A stretch of DNA of 64,000 nt from an uncultured Actinomycetota bacterium (GCA_964423265.1 CAYREF010000002.1:16704-80703), one strand, 5' to 3'. Shown: positions 1-10,157, counted from the first letter of the stretch. Numbers and translations are program-made. Notes: generated from the letters alone by a model not told the origin.

Positions 1-472
1 ACCAAAGTTGCAAATAAAAAGGTTATAATAAAAACAGTTATAATAATATAGTTACTGTAAAGCTCCTTTGCCACTGCCTTATAATTCATCAAGGTTATAA
101 CCCCTACTGCATGGTAGGTATTAAAATAATCCAGGGTATAAGCATAGAAAGCATATCCTGCGCCAATACAGAATAAAAGCCCCACTACAAGTGATACTGC
201 TTTTCCGCTATATGCTCTTCTTTTTTCCTGGCTGAAATATTGGAGCTGTTTTTCATACCCGTAATAGGCAGTAAAAACAAACAAGGATAAAATTCCCAGA
301 ATAATGGCAAACACTCCTGAGTAAAGAAATAAGGAAAAGGCAATAATAAAAATGGGCAAAATTAATAGAGAGATAAGCCTATTTTTGCCCTTTCTTACCA
401 ATACCGTAAAAAAAGAAAGGAAAACTATTAACAATAAGGTAACATACTGTAGGTATTTAATATTCTCCATAA
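1..472 (-). CDS. Partial polytopic membrane protein, NuoJ-like by position (ATG at 472, runs off window start)
   Basis: Reverse translation from 472 gives MENIKYLQYVTLLLIVFLSFFTVLV..., with several hydrophobic helices. It lies immediately downstream of the nuoI-like gene in the same orientation, matching complex I gene order. The family assignment rests on position only. Confidence 0.4.
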
Positions 473-904
473 TTATTTAGACCAAAAATCCCTGATTTTG
501 TAATCAGCTTGTTTTATCAGATCATCTTTTTCAAATTTTAAGCTTTCCCTCCCGTATTCGGCCAACTGGTACCGGTAAGACATTTCAATGGCTTCCAATT
601 TACAATATTCAACACAATTTCCACAAAAAATGCATTTTCCTATATCGATTAAAATATGTTGCAATACTTCCCTTCCCTCTCCGTCAATACCTTTCTTAAC
701 CTCTAGACAGTTTTTGGGACAGACCAGCTGACATCTTCCGCAGGCATCACAAATACACTCCAGATTGTCAAGGTCCAGCTTTAAATGGACCATCCCCTTG
801 CTTTCCTCGGGAACAATTATTTTATCTTTGGGATAATTTACTGTTTCTGGTTTCCTAAAAATATTCCCAAAGTTATAGAAAAAATTTTTAAAAATTCTTA
901 TCAT
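473..904 (-). CDS. nuoI: NuoI-like 2x[4Fe-4S] ferredoxin subunit of complex-I-like module
   Basis: Two CxxCxxCxxxCP motifs (CDACGRCQLVCP and CIFCGNCVEYC). Size about 143 aa. Overlaps the nuoH-like gene by 4 nt. Confidence 0.7.
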   Translation of the reverse strand: MIRIFKNFFYNFGNIFRKPETVNYPKDKIIVPEESKGMVHLKLDLDNLECICDACGRCQLVCPKNCLEVKKGIDGEGREVLQHILIDIGKCIFCGNCVEYCKLEAIEMSYRYQLAEYGRESLKFEKDDLIKQADYKIRDFWSK

Positions 905-1845
905 ACCAAATTAAATATATTCCTATATACTAAAAATATTAAAGTAAAAACGAAATTAAACACAGACACTGGTGCTATAAATTTCCAATTAATATCCACC
1001 AGATACTTATAATTGTCAAGCTCAGGTATGGATTTTTCAAAAATTAAAATGGCAATAAAAATAAGATAAAACTTTATTCCTAACATTATCCACCCACTTA
1101 CAAAGTGCAAGCTAAGCCAGCCTCCAAGATAGAATATGTTCAGCATAATAATAAGGTAAAATAGTAAAACATACTTTGCAATCCTATTAATTAGTCCCGG
1201 CAAACCCTGGCAAATACTTGTAAGGCTGCCCACACTGAAATTGTTGTCCCTGAATATTCCCAAAATCTTTACCTGCACAATTATGGATATAAACACTAGA
1301 ACAAAGCCTAAAGGCTGGAAAACTATATTCCAGTACTCATACTGCAAGTTTACCAGTTCTTTTAAATTTATTGCCCTGGCTAATATAATTACAGATAAAA
1401 AATTTATTAAAACAGGGATAAAAAAAGAAACTAGCACAACCGACTGCTTAAAAGAATTGGTAAACAGGAACCCATACCCTGGCTGGGAGCTAAATACCAG
1501 TAGCATTAATATTATTATATAAAATAAAATAGATATAAAAAAGTTCGAGTTAATATCTATTAAAAACAAATTTTGAGTAATTGGCAGGATAGCCCAGACT
1601 AATAAGCTAAAAACAAACAACAGTAAATGGTAAATATTTACCATGCTTTGTTTGGTGATATACTTGCCGAATTTAATTGCCGGATAGCCTAATCCCCCAA
1701 ACCTGGTATTAATAATACCCTTTTTTTGCTCAATTCTAGCCCCCAGTTTTGTTCCCAGATATGAACATATATATAAATTTATTACCAGTGCCGCAAAAAT
1801 GTATCCACATTTTTGTAAAATTAAACCCATGCTAACCCCATCCAC
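901..1845 (-). CDS. nuoH: NuoH/EchB/HyfC-family membrane subunit
   Basis: 314 aa polytopic membrane protein located between the NuoCD and NuoI homologues, the conserved position of NuoH. Confidence 0.6.
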   Translation of the reverse strand: MDGVSMGLILQKCGYIFAALVINLYICSYLGTKLGARIEQKKGIINTRFGGLGYPAIKFGKYITKQSMVNIYHLLLFVFSLLVWAILPITQNLFLIDINSNFFISILFYIIILMLLVFSSQPGYGFLFTNSFKQSVVLVSFFIPVLINFLSVIILARAINLKELVNLQYEYWNIVFQPLGFVLVFISIIVQVKILGIFRDNNFSVGSLTSICQGLPGLINRIAKYVLLFYLIIMLNIFYLGGWLSLHFVSGWIMLGIKFYLIFIAILIFEKSIPELDNYKYLVDINWKFIAPVSVFNFVFTLIFLVYRNIFNLV

Positions 1846-3331
1846 CGATTATAATTTCTCCGCAGCTAAAATCCAGGCTGGATAAAATTATATTTATATC
1901 TTCCAATTTAACTCCATTTAAAATTTTCTCCGCCAATATTAAGCTATTTATAGAAGGGCCCATAATTGCCAGACAGCCAACTTTTTTATGCTCTGTTTCC
2001 AGATATACCTCAAACTGGCCATGGGGGCATTCAACCCTTGCGGTAGCAGCTTTAAAGGGAAAATCCAGGTTATTTAAATTACTGATCTTTCTAATTATTC
2101 CTTCCGGCAAATTTTTAGTTATTTGTTTCAGTATATTTATGGATTGATAAATTTCTTTAAACCTTATTGAAAACCGGTTAAAACAATCCCCATACCTTGC
2201 CAGCGGGATTATAAAAGAAACTTTATTATAAAGCAGCAGGTCCTGGTCTTTTCTCAAATCTTTCCTTATCCCTGAAGCTCTAAGATTAGGTCCTGTAATG
2301 CCGTATTCTATGGCTTCATTTTTACTAATTATTCCTATACCGTTAAGCCTATTATATACGATAATATTTCCCAGGAGCATGTTTTCTATCCTATATACCT
2401 TTTTTTCTAAATCCGGCAGGATTTTTCTAATACTTTCAATTTTTTCCCTTTTTAAGTCCTTTTTTATTCCCCCTACCCTTATAAAGTTGGGGTTTTTCCG
2501 GGAGCCAGTTAGAAATTCAAGAAGTCTAAGAATCCTTTCATTTTCACTTTGGATTAGATTATAAACAACATCATAGCCTAGTATTTGGCTAATACCCGAA
2601 AGATTTATTAAATGGCTCGAAATCCTGGAAAGCTCTGAAAGAATCATCCTAATAAATTTTGCCCTCCTGGATATCCTCATCTGTAGAAGCCCTTCAAATG
2701 CCATACATAAGGCTAATTCAGGGAAAATGCCAGCATTATAATCAAATATGCTCACTCTGGAAATCAAATCAAGAAAACTCCTATTACCCAATATATTTTT
2801 GCCAGACATCCTACTAATGCTTATATCTATCATGGGGCTGTTTATAATATTTTCCTCCAGCTGCGCATAAATATCAAAACAGTCCATGCCCTCCAGTGGT
2901 TGGGAGTACAAATTTAAATCAAATGATTTTTGACCCCTTACCCTCTCCACATAAAAGGATAATGGCTTAAAATGCTTTTCAGCCAATTTAATTACTTTCC
3001 CGGAATCCACGGGTTCTTTTAATTTTATCTTTACCAATATTGAAAAATTATTTTCAAAAGAGTACAAGCCCAGCAAGGTGTAGCACTCATATTTCTTCCG
3101 GATAAGATTAAAACTGCTGAACCCATTTACCTTAAAATCAGGATTTTCTTTTAATTCCTTTAATAGCCTGGATAGATTCTTTAGGGAAACTTCACAGAAT
3201 ATTTGCCTGCCAAGTTTATATATGTTATCTATAGCCCCCTCCAGGCTAAATTCTAAGCTTTTTTCCAGCCTTTCTACGTACATTGAGGTGGGGGACTGGT
3301 AAGACTGTTCAAAAAAGTTTTCAATATTCAT
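1832..3331 (-). CDS. nuoCD: Fused NuoC-NuoD (30 kDa plus 49 kDa) subunit; [NiFe]-hydrogenase large-subunit fold without Ni-Fe ligand cysteines
   Basis: 499 aa. The N-terminal domain resembles NuoC and the C-terminal domain resembles NuoD. There is no RxCGxC N-motif and no DPCxxC C-motif; the protein ends ...DFSCGEIIIGGWG. It therefore looks like a quinone-reductase type subunit rather than a hydrogenase. Confidence 0.7.
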   Translation of the reverse strand: MNIENFFEQSYQSPTSMYVERLEKSLEFSLEGAIDNIYKLGRQIFCEVSLKNLSRLLKELKENPDFKVNGFSSFNLIRKKYECYTLLGLYSFENNFSILVKIKLKEPVDSGKVIKLAEKHFKPLSFYVERVRGQKSFDLNLYSQPLEGMDCFDIYAQLEENIINSPMIDISISRMSGKNILGNRSFLDLISRVSIFDYNAGIFPELALCMAFEGLLQMRISRRAKFIRMILSELSRISSHLINLSGISQILGYDVVYNLIQSENERILRLLEFLTGSRKNPNFIRVGGIKKDLKREKIESIRKILPDLEKKVYRIENMLLGNIIVYNRLNGIGIISKNEAIEYGITGPNLRASGIRKDLRKDQDLLLYNKVSFIIPLARYGDCFNRFSIRFKEIYQSINILKQITKNLPEGIIRKISNLNNLDFPFKAATARVECPHGQFEVYLETEHKKVGCLAIMGPSINSLILAEKILNGVKLEDINIILSSLDFSCGEIIIGGWG

Positions 3332-3719
3332 ATTTATCTAACAACCTTAATATAGAATAAATAAAAGCTTCCGGCCTGGGCGGGCACCCCGGTACATAAA
3401 TATCTACAGGGATTTCCTTCCTTATAATTCCGGTTGCCCTATCCTGCCCAAATATGGCTCCTTCTATGGCACAAGTTCCCATTAACGCAACCCGTTTAGG
3501 CTTTGCCATTGACTCATAGAAACTTATCACCCTTTCGGCATAATCTTCATTTATAAACCCCTGGACAATCAATAGATCAGCCATTTCAGGCAAGCATACA
3601 AAATTTACGCCCATCTTTTCTACATCATATAAAGGGGCCCTTGATGCATAGATTTCCTGTTTGCAGCAACCAAAACCTGCCACTAAAATATTTAAGTTTT
3701 TCTTAACAACCTTTTTCAT
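3321..3719 (-). CDS. nuoB: NuoB-like subunit (hydrogenase small-subunit fold, N2 cluster ligands present)
   Basis: GFGCCKQE, GTCA and PGCPPRPE match the CCxxE...C...CP cluster-N2 ligand pattern of NuoB. Confidence 0.75.
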   Translation of the reverse strand: MKKVVKKNLNILVAGFGCCKQEIYASRAPLYDVEKMGVNFVCLPEMADLLIVQGFINEDYAERVISFYESMAKPKRVALMGTCAIEGAIFGQDRATGIIRKEIPVDIYVPGCPPRPEAFIYSILRLLDKYEY

Positions 3720-3720
3720 C

Positions 3721-4071
3721 TCATAAATTACTTATAATTTTAGATTTTACTATATATATACTTGAAATTATTATAAAAAACATTATGCCAAGCAATAGAT
3801 ACATGGGAGGGCCCAGGCTAAATTGTTCTATAATATATACTACTGTTGAAATTAAAAATATGAACAGGATGGAAAATATGAACAAGATTCCTAAAACAAA
3901 AATATTTTTAAATACAAAGGGATCTTTTCTGAGAAATGGCTTGCTTGCATGGCTAGGCGTTCCTTTATTTGAAATCAAGTATAGAATGAGGAAAAGTAAA
4001 AGGATAATGCCCAAGAATATCCCAAATCTAGTCAAATTATATATATAAGAGCCAATAGATTCCTCAAGCAT
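3721..4071 (-). CDS. Small 3-TM membrane protein, tentatively NuoA-like
   Basis: 116 aa with three hydrophobic segments, lying first in the module directly upstream of nuoB. No clear YECGF motif is present, so the assignment is positional. Confidence 0.35.
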   Translation of the reverse strand: MLEESIGSYIYNLTRFGIFLGIILLLFLILYLISNKGTPSHASKPFLRKDPFVFKNIFVLGILFIFSILFIFLISTVVYIIEQFSLGPPMYLLLGIMFFIIISSIYIVKSKIISNL

Positions 4072-4201
4072 TAAATCTCCAAAAAATTAAATTTGTTGAT
4101 TTAAAACTTTATCACAATCATAAAACTACATCAATTCTATAAATTATTATTTACAGTATTTGTCGTTGTTTTAAAATATAAATATTTATATAATTTAAGA
4201 A

Positions 4202-5305
4202 ATGAGAGAAAAAAATCCTCCAAAAACTATTGAGAAAATAAAAAGAATAGGGATTTTATGCTGGTCAATTATCGGGCTGTTGTTAATAGTATCTCTCTTC
4301 TTTTATTTAATATACCTGTTAAAAATTGCAATTATTCCTGTAATAATTGCTGCAGCCATAGCTTACCTTCTTACCCCTATGGTTTTGCTTCTCCAGAGAA
4401 AGATGAGGAAAATATTTGCAGTCACCATAACCTATATAATATTTCTAGCCATCATATTTAATTTCTTTTTCTTCTTTATTCCTCTAATCGGAGATCAGTT
4501 AAAGACTTTTCTTGGCAATTTCCCCCAGTATATAGAAAATTTAGATAATATGATAAATGAATTTTTAACTGCTAGTGCATTAATTAAAAATGTTGAAAAT
4601 TTCCTGGGAAAAGATTTTGTACCCGGTAACACTGGAGCAATAACCCAATATTTTTTAAACAGGATAAATGTTGAAGAAATCAATATTTTCCAGCAGGCAA
4701 CTATTTTTACCCGAAACATAATAAATATAGTCCTTAACTTTATCATAGGGCCGATTATAGGCTTCTTTGTCCTAAAAGACACCAGCAGGCTCAGGAGCTT
4801 GTTTATAAAGGTATTTCCAGCAAAGTTCAGGCCGCAAATAGCAGTAATCCTTGACAGGATCAATATGGTTGCCGGGAGGTATATAAGGGGCCAGTTATTG
4901 ATTTCTGTGATTGTGGGTATTTTATGCACAATTGTCCTCCTGGTTCTCAGGGTCGATTTTGCTTTTCTGTTGGGAGGCATTGCCGGCATATTAAACCTGG
5001 TACCATTCCTGGGACCTATATTTGGCGCAATTCCCGCTGCCCTTACTGCCCTGTCTATATCTCCCCTTAAGGCTCTGCTGGTAATTCTTCTTTTTATAGC
5101 TGTCCAACAGATAGACAATTATTTTATAACCCCAACCATTATGAAATACCAGGTAAAAGTACATCCTGCCATAATTATATTCTCCCTTATTGCAGGTGGT
5201 GCATTATTTGGAATGTGGGGGCTTCTTCTGTCAGTGCCTACTGTGGCTATAATTCAGGAGATACTCAAATATTACTTGCTTGAAAAAAGAAATTTAGCAT
5301 CCTGA
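4202..5305 (+). CDS. AI-2E family transporter (UPF0118/PerM-like)
   Basis: 367 aa polytopic membrane protein. The C-terminal GLLLSVPTVAII region and overall topology are typical of the AI-2E family. Confidence 0.7.
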   Translation: MREKNPPKTIEKIKRIGILCWSIIGLLLIVSLFFYLIYLLKIAIIPVIIAAAIAYLLTPMVLLLQRKMRKIFAVTITYIIFLAIIFNFFFFFIPLIGDQLKTFLGNFPQYIENLDNMINEFLTASALIKNVENFLGKDFVPGNTGAITQYFLNRINVEEINIFQQATIFTRNIINIVLNFIIGPIIGFFVLKDTSRLRSLFIKVFPAKFRPQIAVILDRINMVAGRYIRGQLLISVIVGILCTIVLLVLRVDFAFLLGGIAGILNLVPFLGPIFGAIPAALTALSISPLKALLVILLFIAVQQIDNYFITPTIMKYQVKVHPAIIIFSLIAGGALFGMWGLLLSVPTVAIIQEILKYYLLEKRNLAS

Positions 5306-6450
5306 TATACTTGCTTTAAAGGCTTCCCCGTTTTTTCCGCCAATTTTTTGCATGAATCATGTTCAGGCTCGACTGTTACTGCCTCGCCTTTAAAATACCC
5401 GACTTTTATTTCCACTTGTCCATATGGCAGTTTGACTTTTTGTATCTCCCGTTTCAAACAATACCTTTCAAACTTCTGGGTTCTCATCCCAAAAGTGGTT
5501 GTTTCTCTAAATACAAGATCTGCCACCTGTTCTTCAATCCTTTCAGGACAAATAATGCATAATTTAAAGCCAGGGCGGTTCTTCTTCATTATAATGTTTT
5601 CAATCCAGGCATCATTTACCCCCAGCCTAAATAATTTACCCAGGACATAACCCATGATTTCAGGACTGCAGTCATCAATGTTGGTGGAAAGCAGTCTTAG
5701 GCTTTCTCTTCCGCAAGCTACCAGGCTTCCATAGACTAACCTTAGGATGTTAGGATCACTCTTCCCAATATTGTCACCAGTACCCATGCCAATTTTTTCT
5801 ATGCTCATTTCCGGTAAATCACAAAATTTAATTGCATATTTCTTTACAATAGCAGCACCTGTAGGGGTAGTTACTTCAAAATCAAAATCTCCCCCGTAAA
5901 CAGGAATCTCTTTTAATATTTCCAGGGTTGCAGGTGCCGGGACTGGTATTGTTCCGTGCATGCTTTTAGTAAATCCTTTTCCTGTAGGTACATTCTTTGA
6001 ATATATTTTCCTGATTTTAAGCCTATCTATGCATATAACAGTAGCCACTATATCAATTATTGAATCTACTGCTCCAATTTCATGGAAATGTACCTTGTCT
6101 ATCCCTATGCCATGAACTTTAGATTCCGCCCGGGCAATTATTTCAAAAATTTCTACAGCTTCTTTCTTTACCTCCTTCTTTAGCCTGCTTGCCCCGATCA
6201 ATTTTCTGATGCTCCCGTAGCTTCGAAGGGGTTGCCCTTCATCAATTTCAACATTGAATTTACGGGTAGCAACATTATTCCTTTTCACTTCTTTGGCTTC
6301 AACCTGGTATCCACCAATATCAAGCTTCCCCAGCTCTGCCCTTAATATCTCTATATCTATTCCCAAGTCCACAAGAGCAGCTACCATCATATCTCCGCTA
6401 ATGCCCGAAAAACAGTCTATATATAGAAATTTTCCCATATTTCTTCCCAC
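5272..6450 (-). CDS. larC: LarC, pyridinium-3,5-bisthiocarboxylic acid mononucleotide nickel insertion protein (DUF111)
   Basis: N-terminus KFLYIDCFSGISGDMMVAAL is the hallmark LarC/DUF111 start. 392 aa. Translation may start at the downstream Met, MGKFLY. Confidence 0.8.
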   Translation of the reverse strand: MGRNMGKFLYIDCFSGISGDMMVAALVDLGIDIEILRAELGKLDIGGYQVEAKEVKRNNVATRKFNVEIDEGQPLRSYGSIRKLIGASRLKKEVKKEAVEIFEIIARAESKVHGIGIDKVHFHEIGAVDSIIDIVATVICIDRLKIRKIYSKNVPTGKGFTKSMHGTIPVPAPATLEILKEIPVYGGDFDFEVTTPTGAAIVKKYAIKFCDLPEMSIEKIGMGTGDNIGKSDPNILRLVYGSLVACGRESLRLLSTNIDDCSPEIMGYVLGKLFRLGVNDAWIENIIMKKNRPGFKLCIICPERIEEQVADLVFRETTTFGMRTQKFERYCLKREIQKVKLPYGQVEIKVGYFKGEAVTVEPEHDSCKKLAEKTGKPLKQVYQDAKFLFSSK

Positions 6451-6521
6451 CTATATTGAACTATTATATATTAAATAAAATTTTGTTTAAATGAAACTGC
6501 TAAGCTGGTATATTTAGAAAA

Positions 6522-7313
6522 ATGGCCAACAAAAAAGACAAGTTAATAAAATATCTATGCAGCCTGGATTCTGCCATAATAGCTTTTTCAGGTGGGACAG
6601 ACAGCAGCTTGCTATCTTTCCTTGCCAAAAAATACTGCAAAAAATGTTTAGCTGTTACTATAAACTCTCCTCTTTTCACTAAAAGGGAACTAATAAAATC
6701 AAAAAAAATTGCAAAAAAAAGTGGGATAAGTCAATTAATATTAGATATTGACCCCCTTTGTCAAAGGGAATTTAGAAAAAATCCCAAAGACAGGTGTTAT
6801 CTGTGTAAAAAATTTATTTTTAAAGCTTTAATAAAGTTAAAACAAAGGGATGGCTTCTCCCATTTATTAGATGGCACAAATTTTAATGACCTGGGAAAGC
6901 ACAGACCCGGACTAAAAGCGTTAAGTGAACTGGAAATAAAAAGCCCTTTTGCCGAAGCAAAAATAGGCAGAAAAGATATAACTAGTTGGCTTAAACAGCT
7001 TGGCCTTGAGAATTTTATCAGTCCAAGTTCTGCTTGCCTTGCTTCCAGGATCCCTTATGGCGTAAGCATAGATAAGAAAAAGCTAGCTATGGTTGAAGAT
7101 GCAGAAGAATTACTCTTTAATCTGGGTTTCAGACAGGTTAGGGTAAGGTACCATCCCCCCCTTGCAAGAATTGAAGTAGAAAAACAGCAGATACGTAAAG
7201 CTATGCAGGAAGAAACCAGGGCTAAAATTATCCAGGGCTTGAAAAAAGCCGGGTTTAAATATGTCACCTTGGATCTGGAGGGGTTTAGGTCAGGAAGCCT
7301 GGATGAATACTAA
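6522..7313 (+). CDS. larE: LarE, ATP-dependent sacrificial sulfur transferase (PP-loop ATP pyrophosphatase)
   Basis: PP-loop motif AFSGGTDSS, conserved cysteines, 263 aa. Divergent neighbour of larC. Confidence 0.75.
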   Translation: MANKKDKLIKYLCSLDSAIIAFSGGTDSSLLSFLAKKYCKKCLAVTINSPLFTKRELIKSKKIAKKSGISQLILDIDPLCQREFRKNPKDRCYLCKKFIFKALIKLKQRDGFSHLLDGTNFNDLGKHRPGLKALSELEIKSPFAEAKIGRKDITSWLKQLGLENFISPSSACLASRIPYGVSIDKKKLAMVEDAEELLFNLGFRQVRVRYHPPLARIEVEKQQIRKAMQEETRAKIIQGLKKAGFKYVTLDLEGFRSGSLDEY

Positions 7314-8502
7314 AAGGATTTTTAACATTATCTTTTTACTGTTTGGTCTTTCTTCAATAATAATTGACCCTTTAATTCCCTATATTTCAGAACAGCTCCA
7401 AGCAGGATATGATAAGATAGGAATTGCCTTACTGATAGGCTCTATCTTTTCACTGGCCGCCGCTTTTATTTCAGGCATTCTTTGCGATAAATTCCGGATA
7501 AGAAATATAATAATTGTAGGCTTGGCAATGCTTTTTATAGGGAGTCTGGTTTTTGCCATCCACCTTAATTTTGTTTTGTTAGTTATAGTATTAATTTTTC
7601 TCAGGGCAGGATTTGGCACTATTGACTCTTCCATACATACATTTGTTGCCCAATCTTATAAACAAAGCCATAGCCCCATATTTTTAGAGCTGGACATATT
7701 CTGGTACCTGGGAGCCGTAACCGGGCCTCTCTTTATAAGCCTGGCCCTGTTTTCTGGCATGAGGCCTAACAATGTTTTCTTTATCCTGGCGCTGGCTTTC
7801 ATTATTATTTTAATCCTGTTCTATTTCCACCGTAAGAAGACAGGAACCGAGAAACTGCCTAAAGGTAGAACCATCGATTTTAAGCCTGTGCTGAAAGCAG
7901 TAAAAGATCCCGTGGTTGCAGCTGTAAGCCTCCTTCTTTTTTTCAGCATGGGAGCTATGATTGGGCTGTCTACCTGGCTTACAACTTACTTTACTTCCTT
8001 CAACGTCAGAGTTTCTTTAGGATCAATTGTCCTCTCCGGGTTCTGGCTTTTCTCTTCTGCCGGTCTTTACCTGAGCAAAAAGCTCCTTCCCAGAACAAAT
8101 GAAATAACCTTGCTCATTGCAGGCAGCCTAGCAGGAACTTTGTTTCTGGCAGCTACAAGCTTTGCATCAAATATTTTTCTAAAAATAATTTTCATACTTT
8201 TGCATGCCTTGTTCTTTTCGGTAATATTTACCTTAAGCATTTCCATAAGCGCATACCAAGGTTCTAAAATGAAGGGTACGGTAATTGGCTTCAATATTGC
8301 CATTGCCATATCCGGTGGCCTCCTTTTTAGGCCAGTGTTGGGTTTTGTGGCCGAGTATCTGGGAAAGGGAAATATTATTTATTTAACCCTGGCAGGAGCG
8401 GTAATCAGCTTTTTCTTAGCCATTATCCTGTTCAGGATACTAAAGCAAAAGAGCGGGGTTAAAATAAGGTTCTCCTTAAAAAAGAAAGAAGCAAGAGCAT
8501 AA
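7303..8502 (+). CDS. MFS transporter
   Basis: About 400 aa with 12 predicted TM helices and an MFS-like loop signature. The ORF-track start at 7261 overlaps larE, so the internal Met MNTKRIF at 7303 is the more likely start. Confidence 0.65.
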   Translation: MNTKRIFNIIFLLFGLSSIIIDPLIPYISEQLQAGYDKIGIALLIGSIFSLAAAFISGILCDKFRIRNIIIVGLAMLFIGSLVFAIHLNFVLLVIVLIFLRAGFGTIDSSIHTFVAQSYKQSHSPIFLELDIFWYLGAVTGPLFISLALFSGMRPNNVFFILALAFIIILILFYFHRKKTGTEKLPKGRTIDFKPVLKAVKDPVVAAVSLLLFFSMGAMIGLSTWLTTYFTSFNVRVSLGSIVLSGFWLFSSAGLYLSKKLLPRTNEITLLIAGSLAGTLFLAATSFASNIFLKIIFILLHALFFSVIFTLSISISAYQGSKMKGTVIGFNIAIAISGGLLFRPVLGFVAEYLGKGNIIYLTLAGAVISFFLAIILFRILKQKSGVKIRFSLKKKEARA

Positions 8503-9130
8503 CAACAGAAAATACTGCCCCTGCAGTTAGGGCAGCCAGGTATTTTTTGGTTCTGTCTATAGAATTTGTAAATTTTTTAAATATGGAAAAAAATAAAATT
8601 AAAACAATATAACTGCTAAATGCTACCAATCCAATTATGGAAAGAAATGACCACAGAACAATTATATGTCTATAGGTTAAAATAAAAAGAAGAGCGGCAA
8701 AGAATGCCGCTGCTATCCATATGGTAAATTTTTTCCTGCTTTCGAGGTAATATATATCTAAATTATTTTTTAAAATAACAATATTGGCTACAGGGACTAT
8801 GATTAAGGGTAAAAACCAGCCCGCCATAAAGCCGGTTATAAACCTTATAATATTACAGGAACCATAGATGCCTAAGCTCGAAATTGCAACCTCCAGGCCC
8901 ATCACTAAAAATGCTGCCATTGATACATACAGAAGCTTTTTTGGGGGAAGTTTGGCTTTGTCCTTCCTGTCAATTGCCAGGAGGCATAAAACCGAAAACA
9001 TAAAACCTATATAGATTCCCGTACATCTTGAACATACCGGCATATATATGCCGCTTGAATAAAAAACCCTGGCCGGCTGTTGGTGGCAGAGACTCCCCCC
9101 TAAAAAATCTAATACTTTTATTAATACCAA
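8459..9130 (-). CDS. DUF2085 family membrane protein
   Basis: CHQQPARVF...CSRCTGIY motif (CHQ...R...C.RC.GIY) followed by a polytopic membrane region. Confidence 0.6.
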   Translation of the reverse strand: MVLIKVLDFLGGSLCHQQPARVFYSSGIYMPVCSRCTGIYIGFMFSVLCLLAIDRKDKAKLPPKKLLYVSMAAFLVMGLEVAISSLGIYGSCNIIRFITGFMAGWFLPLIIVPVANIVILKNNLDIYYLESRKKFTIWIAAAFFAALLFILTYRHIIVLWSFLSIIGLVAFSSYIVLILFFSIFKKFTNSIDRTKKYLAALTAGAVFSVVMLLLLSFLRRTLF

Positions 9131-9477
9131 TTTTTATACATCTGGGGCAATCGTAATATAGAGCTAATGCCAATAGTAAATATGCTAATTATCCCCCAAA
9201 GCAGGATAATTCCTCCTAAAATTAGCCCGATTATTGCCATTACTTTGCCTTTTTCGCTTGATATGCCCTTACTGATATTCCTAAGCTCAATTATGCCTAG
9301 AACCAGGGCCGCTGCCCCCAAAACAAAATTAAAAAAAGGAATCCAGCAGCATAGAATGCTTACAATGCCTAAAACCAGAGAAACAATGGCTAAAACCCCT
9401 ATCTTGTCTTCTTTTCCCACTACTTCTGATTTTACTTCTTCCACTTCTTTTTCTTTTTCATTCATTTTTCCCTCCAT
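9121..9477 (-). CDS. Small membrane protein, DUF4190-like, with acidic N-terminus
   Basis: E/K-rich N-terminus followed by two glycine-rich TM helices (LGIVSILCCWIPFF...GLILGGIILLWG). Confidence 0.45.
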   Translation of the reverse strand: MEGKMNEKEKEVEEVKSEVVGKEDKIGVLAIVSLVLGIVSILCCWIPFFNFVLGAAALVLGIIELRNISKGISSEKGKVMAIIGLILGGIILLWGIISIFTIGISSILRLPQMYKNWY

Positions 9478-9494
9478 TGGCTAGTGATAAAAAT

Positions 9495-10157
9495 TTAGCT
9501 ATATCCTAATTTTTGCATAAATTGGCTAAAATTTTTTTTAAATATTTCTTCAATTTCTTTCTTATTTAATCCTGCCCCCAGCCCTATTTTCTCCTGCAGC
9601 TCTTCGGTCAGTAAGTTATTATGTGAATGGGCATCGCTGTTTATTAAAAATTTTACTCCTGCTTCCCTTCCTGTTTTAACCACTCTCCCATTTCCCAGGT
9701 TATGGCCGTTTCTGGCTGTTATTTCTATATAAATGTCGTTTTTGGCTGCAGCCCTGACTTCCCTTTCTGTTAGAATTCCCGGGTGAGCTAAAATATCTAC
9801 ATAGGGACAATTTACTGCCTCCCAATTAGTGTTCTCTTCTACATCTTCTGCTATACTTTCTCCATGCACCACTACCAGCCTTGTTCCCCTGTCTTTAGCA
9901 TATTTGGCCATCTCTTTTATGCTTTTTGCAGGAACATTGGTTAACTCTACTCCAGCAATAGCTTTTATATTCCAGTATTTATTGGCAAGCTCACAATCTT
10001 TTTTTACATTTTCAATAATAAAATCTAGAGTTGCATAACTTGCATGGTCAGTAATTCCTATTCCCCCATAGCCGGAGGTGGTCGCACACCTAATTAATTC
10101 AATGGGGCTATTTATTCCATCCGAAAATGTAGTATGGGTGTGAAAGTCAAATACCAT
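9495..10157 (-). CDS. PHP-domain phosphoesterase (histidinol-phosphatase family)
   Basis: N-terminal VFDFHTHTTFSDG and later HG...DAHS motifs typical of the PHP domain. Confidence 0.75.
   Translation of the reverse strand: MVFDFHTHTTFSDGINSPIELIRCATTSGYGGIGITDHASYATLDFIIENVKKDCELANKYWNIKAIAGVELTNVPAKSIKEMAKYAKDRGTRLVVVHGESIAEDVEENTNWEAVNCPYVDILAHPGILTEREVRAAAKNDIYIEITARNGHNLGNGRVVKTGREAGVKFLINSDAHSHNNLLTEELQEKIGLGAGLNKKEIEEIFKKNFSQFMQKLGYS

Noticed and set aside
4495-5118. 207-aa minus-strand ORF inside the AI-2E transporter gene
   Set aside because: Antisense frame rich in Arg/Ile with no family resemblance. The plus-strand gene has a clear transporter signature.
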